Shown here: piece by piece, positions 10,235-19,560 of the stretch | Layout: the number at the start of each line of letters is the position of its first letter | Numbering within the stretch: the stretch's first letter is position 1 | DNA from: Candidatus Lloydbacteria bacterium | GTDB lineage: Bacteria > Patescibacteriota > Minisyncoccia > Phycocordibacterales > UBA6899 | Direction: 5' to 3' | Length of the DNA stretch: 64,000 nt | Assembly (NCBI GenBank): GCA_043719805.1 | Contig: JAYSTI010000001.1 | Span: 4,161 to 68,160, forward strand | Position numbers and translations under genes: made by a program | The notes under the pieces: model-generated | What the model was told of the DNA's origin: nothing | Database searches by the model: none | The model's input: only the letters and a program-made list of their open reading frames with translations

Positions 10235-10933
10235 TTATGTAAGTTCAGGAATATCGCTTACTCCTCCCTGCCAGACGATTGCACCGTCTTTGCACAAGAC
10301 CGCACGATCGGCGCGTCGTGCGACATTGCGGTCATGCGTGATAAGGATGACGGTCTTGCCTTCATGATGCAGTCTCGTGAGTGTATCCATCACCACCTTC
10401 CCAGAGGCAGAATCGAGATTCCCCGTCGGTTCATCGGCAAAAACAATGTCCGGGTCCGTCACGAGCGCACGTGCAATGGCCACGCGCTGGCGTTCTCCTC
10501 CTGAGAGCTGAGAGGGCTCATGGTGCATACGCTGCGAAAGACCGACGGCTTCTATTTGTTCTATGGCCATTTTCTCCCATAATTTTGAGGGAAAATTTGA
10601 ATAGGCCAGCGGAAGTTTAACATTTTCGAGTACGGAAGTGCGGGCCAAAAGATTAAACGACTGAAATACAAAGCCGATGGAACGATTCCGGAGTGCCGCC
10701 AATTCCTCATCAGTCAGCGTAGTGGTATCCCTGCCGTCGAGAAAATAACTTCCGCTCGTCTGCGGATCAAGAAGCCCGAGTATCTGGAGCAACGTCGACT
10801 TGCCTGAACCGGACGGACCAACTATTGCAACGAACTCGCCGCGTTCAACAACAAAATCTATACCGTGGAGTGCAATAGTGGGCGTGTCTCCCTCGAAAAC
10901 CTTCTCGACGTTTTTTGTTTCAATGAGTGCCAT
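10235..10933 (-). CDS. ABC transporter ATP-binding protein (MacB/LolD-like)
   Basis: Walker A GPSGSGKSTLL, ABC signature LSGGERQRVAIARAL, Walker B IVFADEPTGNLD. Confidence 0.85.
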   Translation of the reverse strand: MALIETKNVEKVFEGDTPTIALHGIDFVVERGEFVAIVGPSGSGKSTLLQILGLLDPQTSGSYFLDGRDTTTLTDEELAALRNRSIGFVFQSFNLLARTSVLENVKLPLAYSNFPSKLWEKMAIEQIEAVGLSQRMHHEPSQLSGGERQRVAIARALVTDPDIVFADEPTGNLDSASGKVVMDTLTRLHHEGKTVILITHDRNVARRADRAVLCKDGAIVWQGGVSDIPELT

Positions 10934-10947
10934 AGCTCGAGTTCGAC

Positions 10948-12492
10948 CTATTTTGCCTGGAACGTCACGACGGTCTGCCCCTCAGTAAGTCCAATCAAGA
11001 TCTCGATCGACCCATCGGAACCCCGAAGACCTGTAGTGATCTCCGTATCAGCGGTAAGCGTCGGTCCGCTAGGAACTTTCACATATTTTTTCTCTTCTCG
11101 AGTGAAGACCGCGCGCGCAGGAACGTAGAGTGCATTTTCACGTTTGTCCGTCAAAATATCAATGTTGGCCGTCATTCCCGAACGGATGCGGGTGTCATTC
11201 TCGTCAAAACGCAATGTCGCCCCGTAGGTGGACACACCTTCAATCACCGTCTCCGCCGGGTCAATACTCGTCACCGTAGCCCTAAAGAGCACATCGATAC
11301 CATATGCATCGAGCGTAACCTTTGCCGTGTCGCCAACAGAAAGTTTCGCAACGTCCACCTCGGGCACATTCGCGGTTATCTTGAATATCCCGTCACTCAT
11401 AAGCGCCACCAACGGGGCATTCGGTGCAACGGTCTCCCCCAGCTTTGCGTCCTGCTTCGTCACTACCCCTGAGAACGGCGCGATGATGACCGACTTACTC
11501 ATCTGCGCATCATAGTTCGCAATCGTCGCGTTCACTCCTCGTATTTTTGCTTCTTCCGCACTCACCGCCTCAGGTGTAGCTCCCGCCTTTTTAAGTGCTA
11601 ACTGGTATTTCGCAATGACGAGCGCCGCGTCTGCCGCGCGATACGCCTGTTCAGACGAAAGGAGTGCGGAGATTGCTCCGCTCGTGTTCACGCGCGCAAG
11701 CGAAACATTCGCCTTCCATCCGTCGATAGTTGTTTGGGAAAACTGCGACGAAGGCATGATCGCATTAACTGCAGACGCAAGATCATCAAGATATTTTTTT
11801 ACGTCATTAAAATATTCCTTATACATCGTGATTCCCCCTTCAAGGTCGATCTCCACAAGCGTAAACTGCTTCAAGGTCAAACTTAGCTTCGCACGCTCTT
11901 GTTCAATCTTGCTCACCAGCTGCTGGTCAGCAACAGGGAATATCGCGCGCGGATTTATCGTACGTGGGTTATCAAAGAGATAATCTGTTTTGTTGAAAAT
12001 TGCGTCATTGGTGATGGTTGACGCGGAAGAAAGTTTGTCCTGGAGCGACACGTGCGCGTCAGTAACGGCAGACTCTGCGCTCCTTACCTGTGCCTCTGTC
12101 ACCGCAATGTCTTCGCTCCTGGTTCCACTTTTAAGCAAAGCGAGGTTCGCCATCTCGAAATCGAGATTCGCCCGCGCCTGCGAACGAAGTGCCTCCACTT
12201 CTTTAGTATCAAGCCGTACGAGCGTATCACCTCGCTTCACGCGTTTCCCGACGGGAACAGGCACACTTACGACACGCCCACCCCTTTCAAATACGAGGGA
12301 AACCACACTGTCGGACTCTACTTTCCCCGTCAAAGAAACCTCCTGCTTCACCGTTCCCTTTTTCACTGTCGTTGTCTCGTAATTTGGAGCAGCGGGTGGT
12401 CTGGTGAAATAATACCCGACACCACCAACCAAGGCGACGAGTATGGTAATTAAAAACTTATGCGACTTTGCGTATTGAAGAATGGAGGTCAT
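10948..12492 (-). CDS. efflux periplasmic adaptor (HlyD/MacA membrane-fusion family) with long coiled coil
   Basis: N-terminal TM, then an extended coiled-coil region, then a beta-barrel/lipoyl-like C-terminal region (VKKGTV.., GDTAKVTLDAY, EILIGLTEGQTVV). It sits upstream of the ABC ATPase and permease. Confidence 0.7.
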   Translation of the reverse strand: MTSILQYAKSHKFLITILVALVGGVGYYFTRPPAAPNYETTTVKKGTVKQEVSLTGKVESDSVVSLVFERGGRVVSVPVPVGKRVKRGDTLVRLDTKEVEALRSQARANLDFEMANLALLKSGTRSEDIAVTEAQVRSAESAVTDAHVSLQDKLSSASTITNDAIFNKTDYLFDNPRTINPRAIFPVADQQLVSKIEQERAKLSLTLKQFTLVEIDLEGGITMYKEYFNDVKKYLDDLASAVNAIMPSSQFSQTTIDGWKANVSLARVNTSGAISALLSSEQAYRAADAALVIAKYQLALKKAGATPEAVSAEEAKIRGVNATIANYDAQMSKSVIIAPFSGVVTKQDAKLGETVAPNAPLVALMSDGIFKITANVPEVDVAKLSVGDTAKVTLDAYGIDVLFRATVTSIDPAETVIEGVSTYGATLRFDENDTRIRSGMTANIDILTDKRENALYVPARAVFTREEKKYVKVPSGPTLTADTEITTGLRGSDGSIEILIGLTEGQTVVTFQAK

Positions 12493-12568
12493 TGCCTATA
12501 TTATCCCACGTTTCGAGACAACAAAAAAGCGGCGCTGTGAATAGCCCGCGCACTTCTTATTCATACCG

Positions 12569-13378
12569 CTATTTGCCTACCGCCAAAAACCTTGCGACGT
12601 TTTTCCAAACATCCGTCTGCATCACGATATTTGTAGAAAAATGTCCACCGGTGCGGAGCACGCGCATACTTTTTTGGGAGAGTTTTGCCTTCTTTGCAAA
12701 CGCACGGAGCGAGGCCACGGATATCACCTTGTCGTTCGTAGCATGCACGATGAGCAACTTCTTTGAATCAAATTCCTTGGCGCGCAGAATAGGATTGTAA
12801 AACTTCCCCGCTTTCAATTTTGCATAATTTTTTTCCGGCGCCCGATACGCACCTGCGAAACCTTCTTTTACTTGCCGAAAAAACTCCTGAAGCGACGCTC
12901 CCCCTTTCTCGTATCGAAAGTCAGTCACCGGGGCCAACGCTACGGCCCGGGTGACGCGCGCATCGAGCGATGAGAGCAACGCCGCCGCGCCTCCAAACGA
13001 AGCGCCAATGACTGTGATGTCGGAGATATCAAGAAAATATGTCACCCCACTCCACATTTCGGTAAATCCTTTATTTAATCCGTCTGCAACAAGGAGCACG
13101 TCTTCGTCCGGAGAATACTTGAGAAACTCACCATCCGACTCCCACGTTCCGCGATAGCGTAAATGAAAAACCCAAAACCCTTTTCGCGCAAGAAATTCTC
13201 CCAACGCCCTCTTTGACGGAACAGACGGACACCCATCACACAGGATTATGGCACGCCCCGACGCCTTCTTCGGCATCCAAAATTCCACAACAATATCCCC
13301 AAACCGCGTCCGCCCGCCTTGTATTACGTGTTTCATTTTTCGTGTATCTATTTTATTGTTCGCTCGTCCGTGCGACAA
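12569..13378 (-). CDS. alpha/beta hydrolase (dienelactone hydrolase / S9-like)
   Basis: Nucleophile elbow GASFGG (GxSxG). The length and order of elements fit the fold. Confidence 0.6.
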   Translation of the reverse strand: MSHGRANNKIDTRKMKHVIQGGRTRFGDIVVEFWMPKKASGRAIILCDGCPSVPSKRALGEFLARKGFWVFHLRYRGTWESDGEFLKYSPDEDVLLVADGLNKGFTEMWSGVTYFLDISDITVIGASFGGAAALLSSLDARVTRAVALAPVTDFRYEKGGASLQEFFRQVKEGFAGAYRAPEKNYAKLKAGKFYNPILRAKEFDSKKLLIVHATNDKVISVASLRAFAKKAKLSQKSMRVLRTGGHFSTNIVMQTDVWKNVARFLAVGK

Positions 13379-13395
13379 ACACGGAGACAGTCGTG

Positions 13396-13947
13396 CTACT
13401 TGTCTTTGGGCGAGCGCATTCCTGCATACATAACCATACCAATGAGCGCGAACGCGTTCAACGAAAACATTGCAATCGTAATATAGCTGTATTCGAGAAC
13501 AAATATCTTATCGCAACTGGGGAGCGAGGAAACTGCGGGGCATGGGATGCTGACGTGAGTATACGTCAAGAGCATATCCTTCACCCACTGATACAGCCCA
13601 ACCGAACCGCCGACGATAGAAAGGAAGAGTACATAAGGAATAATGCTTTTGTCTTTTCGCACGAGTGCAAGTCCCAACAAAAACATCAGCGGGTACATGA
13701 AGATGCGCTGCGTCCAGCAGAGAATACATGCGGGAAAACCCACAACCTCGGAATAGAGCAGGCTGCCGACCGTTGATGCGGCAGACAGGAAGAACCCGAG
13801 CTCGATGGCGTATTTGGCCATGAAGTGCAAAATAATCTTTTGTATCGGCCTCGCCAAGAAAAATGCGAGGAAAAACGCAAGAATAAACGCATTTCCAAAG
13901 AGCGTACTGAGCGCAATGGCCTTTGTGAATAGAGTGCCGAAATCCAT
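13396..13947 (-). CDS. disulfide bond formation protein B (DsbB/BdbC family)
   Basis: Four to five TM segments and a conserved ACILCWTQRIFMYP motif typical of BdbC/DsbB. Confidence 0.65.
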   Translation of the reverse strand: MDFGTLFTKAIALSTLFGNAFILAFFLAFFLARPIQKIILHFMAKYAIELGFFLSAASTVGSLLYSEVVGFPACILCWTQRIFMYPLMFLLGLALVRKDKSIIPYVLFLSIVGGSVGLYQWVKDMLLTYTHVSIPCPAVSSLPSCDKIFVLEYSYITIAMFSLNAFALIGMVMYAGMRSPKDK

Positions 13948-13959
13948 AAATGTTTGAGA

Positions 13960-14487
13960 TTATCTGACCACTGTATCGGGAACACCCGTGACCGCACTAC
14001 CCGAAACTACCGGAACAACAGAAACGGGTGGGGGCAGTGCCTCGCTATCTCCGAGTGTGGTATTCGGGCATCCGCTTTTTTCCGCAAGTACCGAAAAAGA
14101 CTGCTCACCGGTCGCCATCGTTCCATCAGCAAATATCCACGTTGGATAGCCTTGTATTTTCTTCTCTTTGCAGATCTGCATTTGGCTGTTGCCGTCAGCA
14201 CTTGAACATTCAACGTAAGGGAGTGCAGTGACCGCAGAGCCAAACAGCGCCCTTTGCGTCCTGCAGTGCGAACACCAAAATGCACCGTAAAACGTTGCGC
14301 CCTTCGCGCTTAAGCACTGCGCCAATTCAAGCGCACCCTTCGGAGCGTTGTCCGGCACGACTTCTTCCGTTGAAGTGGGGCTCTTTACCTTGGCGACTCC
14401 ACTTGAGCTACCGCCCATGACAAACAGGATGCCCCCGGCAGCCAAAAGCAAAATAACTACTCCACCGATGATACTCTTGTCGTTCAT
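13960..14487 (-). CDS. membrane-anchored thioredoxin-like protein (DsbA-like partner of DsbB)
   Basis: Signal anchor, then GATFYGAFWCSHCRTQRALFG...LPYVEC. This is a CxxC thioredoxin motif as in VKOR/DsbB-associated thioredoxins. Confidence 0.6.
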   Translation of the reverse strand: MNDKSIIGGVVILLLAAGGILFVMGGSSSGVAKVKSPTSTEEVVPDNAPKGALELAQCLSAKGATFYGAFWCSHCRTQRALFGSAVTALPYVECSSADGNSQMQICKEKKIQGYPTWIFADGTMATGEQSFSVLAEKSGCPNTTLGDSEALPPPVSVVPVVSGSAVTGVPDTVVR

Positions 14488-14501
14488 AAAAATATAATTA
14501 T

Positions 14502-15548
14502 TTAATCTAGTTTCGCAGTAAACCGCACTGTTCCCTTCTTCTCATTCGCAAGAAATGCGAAAAATTGTTTTTCATTCAGGAATGAACGGTCATAATAATA
14601 TATGAGGAACGGGCTCGCAAGTTTCGATGGATAGATGAGCCACGCCTCCTTATTTGTCTCATGCGCCTCACGAAGCTCATTGACCACCCCCGGGCTTGCC
14701 GCGGGCTTCGGAAAGAAGACGATGATGCGCTTTGACTGATGCAACAAAATATCAAGATCTATTTTCACCAACTGATATGAGTTCGTGTACTCGGTGTGGT
14801 TTTTCCTTGAAAGCGCCTGACTCACCTCCGGCAATTTGCCCTTGGTAATCATCGGCACAAACACCACGAAATATTCCTCAAGTTTTTTGATGAAATTATC
14901 TATTTTTCTGCGATTTGGGCCGTCCATCACGTGCGTCATCGGCATCGAAATATAGGTCGTCTCCATTTCGGGAATGAATACAAGTTTGTAGAGCGTGCAC
15001 ATACGCTGCAAATCATAGAATGCAAAGTACGGGCACTTGAGCAGTTCCGCCCACGTCGCAAGTACTTCTGTCTCGACATTTTGCCAGAGCGAGATTTCGT
15101 GCTCACTCAGGCGCTCCCTCTTCCACTGCTCGCGGTCCTTGAGTGTCTCCATGATGTCGACGGGGTCGCGCATGATGGTGATGAACATCTCGGGCTTGAA
15201 GCGGCTGATGTAATGATGGTCGAATGAATGATGAAACGTCTTCTTCCAGTAAAAGAATCCGTGTATAGAGACGATGATGACATCATAATTTTTATGATCA
15301 TCTTTGAAGCTACGCAAGATACTCTCGTACACTCCGCCGCGAAGAGCCTGCATGGTGTGCTTGTTGGTATTTAAAATATTCTTTGACGAGATATTCAGTC
15401 CGTCGCGTTTCGCACGTTCGAGCATGAGCTGTCCCACGTGGTACACCTTCACCTTCTTCCCGAGTTTCCGCGAATATGCCTCGAACCGATCGAGATATTC
15501 CTTCCGCCCTGACCCCGAAATTCCTGTACAAATAATTACTTTTGCCAT
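14502..15548 (-). CDS. P-loop NTPase (kinase-like) fused to an uncharacterised C-terminal domain
   Basis: Start chosen at MAKVIICTGISGSGRKEYL, which is a Walker A/P-loop at the extreme N-terminus. The ATG is at 15548 and the track ORF extends to 15641. The C-terminal roughly 120 aa (IIVFFPKPAASPGVVNELREAHETNKEAWLIYP) has a Rossmann-like pattern that faintly resembles a nucleoside 2-deoxyribosyltransferase-like motif. The gene is tightly linked to the dsb genes. Confidence 0.5.
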   Translation of the reverse strand: MAKVIICTGISGSGRKEYLDRFEAYSRKLGKKVKVYHVGQLMLERAKRDGLNISSKNILNTNKHTMQALRGGVYESILRSFKDDHKNYDVIIVSIHGFFYWKKTFHHSFDHHYISRFKPEMFITIMRDPVDIMETLKDREQWKRERLSEHEISLWQNVETEVLATWAELLKCPYFAFYDLQRMCTLYKLVFIPEMETTYISMPMTHVMDGPNRRKIDNFIKKLEEYFVVFVPMITKGKLPEVSQALSRKNHTEYTNSYQLVKIDLDILLHQSKRIIVFFPKPAASPGVVNELREAHETNKEAWLIYPSKLASPFLIYYYDRSFLNEKQFFAFLANEKKGTVRFTAKLD

Positions 15549-15671
15549 GTGTTCATCGTATACCAAAGGATGGCCTCGGTCAAAAACCAGACCTCTGTCC
15601 GCAAGTATGGTACTTATTTGGCAACGGCGCACCCATGCCAAAAAAACATGGGCATGTTATACTTTTCTCAT

Positions 15672-16055
15672 ATGACTGAACACAAGATACTCGTCGTTGA
15701 AGATAGTGAACCACTCCGAAAAGTGCTTGCAGAGATGCTCCGCGACGAAAAATTCGACGTCCTTGAGGCCAACGGCGGCGAGGAAGGAATGAGAATCGCA
15801 CTCGAACAGAAGCCAGATATTATTATCACCGATATCGTCATGTTCCCCGTTGATGGACTTGAGATGGCGAAGCGCATCCGTCAATCCGGCGCATGGGGAG
15901 AGGGAGTGAGCATCATCGCACTGACCAATCAGAACAGCGCCGAAGAGGAAGCGCGACTCGGCGAGCTCAATCTCACCGCATACCTCGTGAAGGCAGACAC
16001 CGGACTTGCTGAGGTTGTGAAACGCGTCAAAGAAGTCCTCAAGAAGAAAAAATAA
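15672..16055 (+). CDS. single-domain response regulator (CheY-like receiver)
   Basis: KILVVEDSEPLRKVL...IIITDIVMFPVDGLEMAKRIR...IIALT...LVKA are receiver-domain Asp/Thr/Lys positions. There is no output domain. Confidence 0.8.
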   Translation: MTEHKILVVEDSEPLRKVLAEMLRDEKFDVLEANGGEEGMRIALEQKPDIIITDIVMFPVDGLEMAKRIRQSGAWGEGVSIIALTNQNSAEEEARLGELNLTAYLVKADTGLAEVVKRVKEVLKKKK

Positions 16056-16058
16056 CAT

Positions 16059-16448
16059 ATGGAAGTAGAAAAAAAATCTATTCTTGTTGTTGAGGATGAC
16101 ACTGCTCTTCGGAAAGTGCTCGCGGACAGACTCACCGAGGAGGGATTTATCGCACTTGAAGCCGTCGATGGCGAACAAGGACTCAATGTGGCCGGGGAAA
16201 AACATCCCTCGGTTATTCTCTTGGATATCTTTATGCCGCACATGGACGGAATCACCATGCTCTCAAAACTCCGCAGCCAAGATGCGTGGGGCAAGCACGT
16301 GCCGGTCATTGTGCTCACCAATTCAACCGATGCACAGACGATAGCCAAGGTATCCAGTTTTGGCGATACGGATTTTCTCATCAAAGCTGAGTGGAGTCTT
16401 GAGGCCTTGGTCGCCCGCATCCGCGAAAAACTGATTCCTGCAAAATAG
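16059..16448 (+). CDS. single-domain response regulator (CheY-like receiver)
   Basis: SILVVEDDTALRKVL...VILLDIFMPHMDGITMLSKLR...VIVLT...LIKA. This is a paralog of the preceding gene. Confidence 0.8.
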   Translation: MEVEKKSILVVEDDTALRKVLADRLTEEGFIALEAVDGEQGLNVAGEKHPSVILLDIFMPHMDGITMLSKLRSQDAWGKHVPVIVLTNSTDAQTIAKVSSFGDTDFLIKAEWSLEALVARIREKLIPAK

Positions 16449-16541
16449 CTCCATCTGCGTTGTTGCGGGGCCCCAGCTGCTTAGTCGACATATATGAATA
16501 TGCCTTCTGCTCTGCTTCCCCCGCGCCTAGCATCTGAAGCT

Positions 16542-16577
16542 ATTTTGCAGGAATCGATACCTGCAAAATAATTTTGG
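16542..16577 (+). terminator. rho-independent terminator
   Basis: 10-bp stem attttgcagg/cctgcaaaat, then aattttgg. Confidence 0.55.
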
Positions 16578-16588
16578 TAAATGAATAG

Positions 16589-16624
16589 CCGCACCTCGTG
16601 AGAGAGTGCGGCGTATATTTTTGG
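16589..16624 (+). terminator. second hairpin with T-run
   Basis: ccgcac...gtgcgg followed by tatattttt. Confidence 0.35.
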
Positions 16625-16831
16625 CCCAAGAGAAACGGAAACAAATGAGAAACGGGAACGAAGGGCTGTCACTATTATACTGACCGCGAAGATACCTTGC
16701 AAGGGGCCTGTGGACAACCGCCTCGAAATTACCCGTTAATGGAGGCCTATTCTGCTTTGTGGGAAAGTTATCCACACTGAATCCTCAATTAAACAACGGG
16801 ATACCGATAACCAGAACATGCCGCTGATACA

Positions 16832-17260
16832 ATGAAGCATATGATCCAAATCGCGGGCGGAGTCGTTTGGAACAGGAATAAAGGCGTTGTCGTGGTAAAC
16901 CAGAACCACAACTCTTGGTCATTGCCAAAAGGTCACGTCGAGAAAGGCGAAGAAACACTTGCCGCTGCAGTACGTGAAATTTGGGAGGAATCAGGAATAC
17001 CCGAGTCCTCTCTTGCTCTCGTCTGTGAGGTGGCGCACTACACGCGCCAGCGCATGAAGATACGCGAATGGGATACGGACGAGACGCGTGATATCACGCT
17101 CTATCTTTTTGCAACCGACTGGGACGACCTCAAACCGGAAGACCCGATGAATCCGGAAGCACTATGGATTCCCCCCAATGCTGTCCCCGACCTCCTCAGT
17201 AATGCGATTGATAAAAAAGAATTTGGGCGTATTATAGCAATGGGTGTTTTTAATCGGTAA
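16832..17260 (+). CDS. NUDIX hydrolase
   Basis: Nudix box GHVEKGEETLAAAVREIWEESGI (Gx5Ex7REUxEExGU). Confidence 0.8.
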   Translation: MKHMIQIAGGVVWNRNKGVVVVNQNHNSWSLPKGHVEKGEETLAAAVREIWEESGIPESSLALVCEVAHYTRQRMKIREWDTDETRDITLYLFATDWDDLKPEDPMNPEALWIPPNAVPDLLSNAIDKKEFGRIIAMGVFNR

Positions 17261-17270
17261 TCGAAATGCT

Positions 17271-17666
17271 ATGAACGCAGTAACGAGAAGCGGTGGCGAG
17301 GAGCACTTTATGGAGGTCCAGAGGGAGATCATGGGAGACCAAATAGAAAAGGAAGGGGTCACGGCGGAAAATGTCTACGCGTTCATTCTCAGCAACGCAC
17401 CGCTTTTTCGATTCTTCGCGACTCATTTTCCCGACAATGACGAACTTGGAAGGTTGTGGGACGCCGCGAATGTCGACAAGATCTCACGGGAGAAACTCGG
17501 GGCACAATACGCGATACTACGCAATAAGATAAAAGAGATTTTCGAGCAGCAATTCGATGCGGATACGCAAACCGCACTTACAGATGCCGTAGAAAACGGA
17601 GATATCGCGACTGCGGAACGTATACTAGAGACACACCTTGCACTCGCTGGAAGAAAAGAAGAATAA
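17271..17666 (+). CDS. hypothetical protein
   Basis: ORF followed by an intrinsic terminator. Start moved to the ATG after the nudix stop. Confidence 0.35.
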   Translation: MNAVTRSGGEEHFMEVQREIMGDQIEKEGVTAENVYAFILSNAPLFRFFATHFPDNDELGRLWDAANVDKISREKLGAQYAILRNKIKEIFEQQFDADTQTALTDAVENGDIATAERILETHLALAGRKEE

Positions 17667-17678
17667 TCAGTCAAATAA

Positions 17679-17705
17679 ACCACCCCTGGGTGGTTGTTTT
17701 ATTTA
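17679..17705 (+). terminator. rho-independent terminator
   Basis: accaccc / gggtggt followed by a T-rich tail. Confidence 0.5.
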
Positions 17706-17730
17706 ATTTCACCAACATCGTGTGCTGCAG

Positions 17731-19098
17731 CTAAACGCCCGAACTCATGAACCAATTCGGCAGCGCGACCACGAATACAAGAATGAGAAGAACTCCGACC
17801 GCAAAATAAAAGTTGCGACGCAGATAAAGATTTTGCTCCTCGTACTCTTGTACTATCGGGTCACGGAATGCACCATCCGCACCATAGCGCGTTGCCTCCT
17901 CGAGAATAACGCGCTCCTTTACGAGCCCTTCCGACAGATGCTCAAGCTCCCTCACGCGTTTCATTTGCTCACCGAACGGAAGGTGGCGCACCATCTCAAG
18001 GCCCTGCCTCTCCTCTGCGATCAAGAGTGAGCGCCGCGCGATTTCATTTATCTGCAGTGCGGGAGATCCGAAGACGCGGGATCTTTCGCGTCGGTAATGC
18101 CAAAGGAGAGGCAATATCCAGAGGAAGACGAGGAACCAGTTTCCCCACGAAGCGGGCTGCCCGAACAATCCTACCGCGACCGGCACATCGCTCTGCGCAT
18201 AGTGGGCCGGTTTTTCGACCTGAATATTGGACTGAAGTCCGACAAGCTCCCCGCTGACGATCTTCTCGAGTGCAAACGGTTGTCCAGAATTAGCGTACCA
18301 ATTATTTGAAAAGAGTCCGAGTGTAAGAATGAATCCCGCGACAAATACCATGACCCATCCTCCCGCATGCACAATGTGTTCCTTGCGCTTCACGAGCCAA
18401 CTCATCCCATTTGTTCCGGACATTGCCACAATGGAAAGTAAGACGAGCGGAATGACGCGACCGATAGCGTGCACGAGAAAAAGCGACCATCCGTAAAACA
18501 CGTTTGCAGACGATGCGCTCTCAATGATGAGGAGCGGCATTGCGGGATGCGGACTGCCGATGCCGAGGTTTCCGAGCAATAACCCGAGCAGGAATGCCTT
18601 CACGAGTTCGCTTCGCTTCTGGTTGAATTTTGGCGATGCGCCGACATACGATGTCATCCGGAATTTGATCAGGCCTACCTCTGAAAGAGCAAAGACGTAC
18701 GCAAAAATTCCCGCAATGAAGTAGACTCCGTTCCTGATGTCTGCAACGTGAATATTCGCCGCACTAAATATTGTTTTTCCCGCGAGTGCTACAAGTATTC
18801 CATAGAGAGAAAGCATTGCCGCAACCCCAAGACCAAATGAGAGTGCGAGCAAAAGTCCCCGCATCGGCCGCCGGCCCGAAGAAAGAGGAACGGCAACAAA
18901 CACCATGGGGAGTATCGATGGGAGCGCTATCATCATCAGACCCGACAAGAATGCGAAAGCGTACCAACCGATTTTTCCGAGCGCGAGCGTGTGGGGAACG
19001 ACAAGAGACTGAAATACTCCTACGGCGATGACGAAGCCGGCCCCGACGATCGAGAGCGCGATGATATTTTTTAAACTTTTTGTTGATCGCTGTGCCAT
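17731..19098 (-). CDS. polytopic membrane protein with CcdA/DsbD-like repeat architecture but no cysteines, plus a C-terminal extension
   Basis: TM motifs LPMVFVAVPLSSG and FLLGLLLGNLGIGSPHP resemble CcdA LSPCxLPLLP / FLAGLLSFLSPC with the Cys replaced. The 455-aa sequence contains no cysteine. A CxxC mini-thioredoxin lies immediately downstream. Confidence 0.5.
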   Translation of the reverse strand: MAQRSTKSLKNIIALSIVGAGFVIAVGVFQSLVVPHTLALGKIGWYAFAFLSGLMMIALPSILPMVFVAVPLSSGRRPMRGLLLALSFGLGVAAMLSLYGILVALAGKTIFSAANIHVADIRNGVYFIAGIFAYVFALSEVGLIKFRMTSYVGASPKFNQKRSELVKAFLLGLLLGNLGIGSPHPAMPLLIIESASSANVFYGWSLFLVHAIGRVIPLVLLSIVAMSGTNGMSWLVKRKEHIVHAGGWVMVFVAGFILTLGLFSNNWYANSGQPFALEKIVSGELVGLQSNIQVEKPAHYAQSDVPVAVGLFGQPASWGNWFLVFLWILPLLWHYRRERSRVFGSPALQINEIARRSLLIAEERQGLEMVRHLPFGEQMKRVRELEHLSEGLVKERVILEEATRYGADGAFRDPIVQEYEEQNLYLRRNFYFAVGVLLILVFVVALPNWFMSSGV

Positions 19099-19113
19099 GT
19101 CGTTTTCAGTGTC

Positions 19114-19407
19114 TTATAATTGCTCTCCGCCGCCGGAAAGTCTCTTCAATGTCTCGATAAACAACTCGGTATCGACCACCCCAGTCGCGAATACCTCGCC
19201 GCTAACGATCACCCCTGGTAACGCAAAAACTCTGTGCTTCCCCGCCAATTCTTGACCTTCTATTGTTGTAAGCGAGAACTCTTGCATGCTCACGTTTGAC
19301 CATTCGTGCGAGGTGACCTTCCAGAATTCTAAGAATGCATGGCAGGACACGCAGCCGGGTGAGGTGAGCACTTCAAGCACAATAGGGTCGGGATTCATTC
19401 CCACCAT
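19114..19407 (-). CDS. small thioredoxin-fold redox-active disulfide protein (Thioredoxin_3-like)
   Basis: IVLEVLTSPGCVSCHAF is a CxxC motif near the N-terminus of a protein of about 97 aa. Start taken at the internal M; the track ORF is 19114..19503. Confidence 0.5.
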   Translation of the reverse strand: MVGMNPDPIVLEVLTSPGCVSCHAFLEFWKVTSHEWSNVSMQEFSLTTIEGQELAGKHRVFALPGVIVSGEVFATGVVDTELFIETLKRLSGGGEQL

Positions 19408-19560
19408 TATATAGACAGGACTCCATTCGAACGAATGGTTATCCCCATCAACGGTATGTAGGAACGAAAAAGGCGCTTTTGTTTGCAAACGGCAAAGAGA
19501 CACGTATAGTGAATTATAGATGTAATTTTACTTTCAGATCTCCAAGAAAGGAGCGTTATC

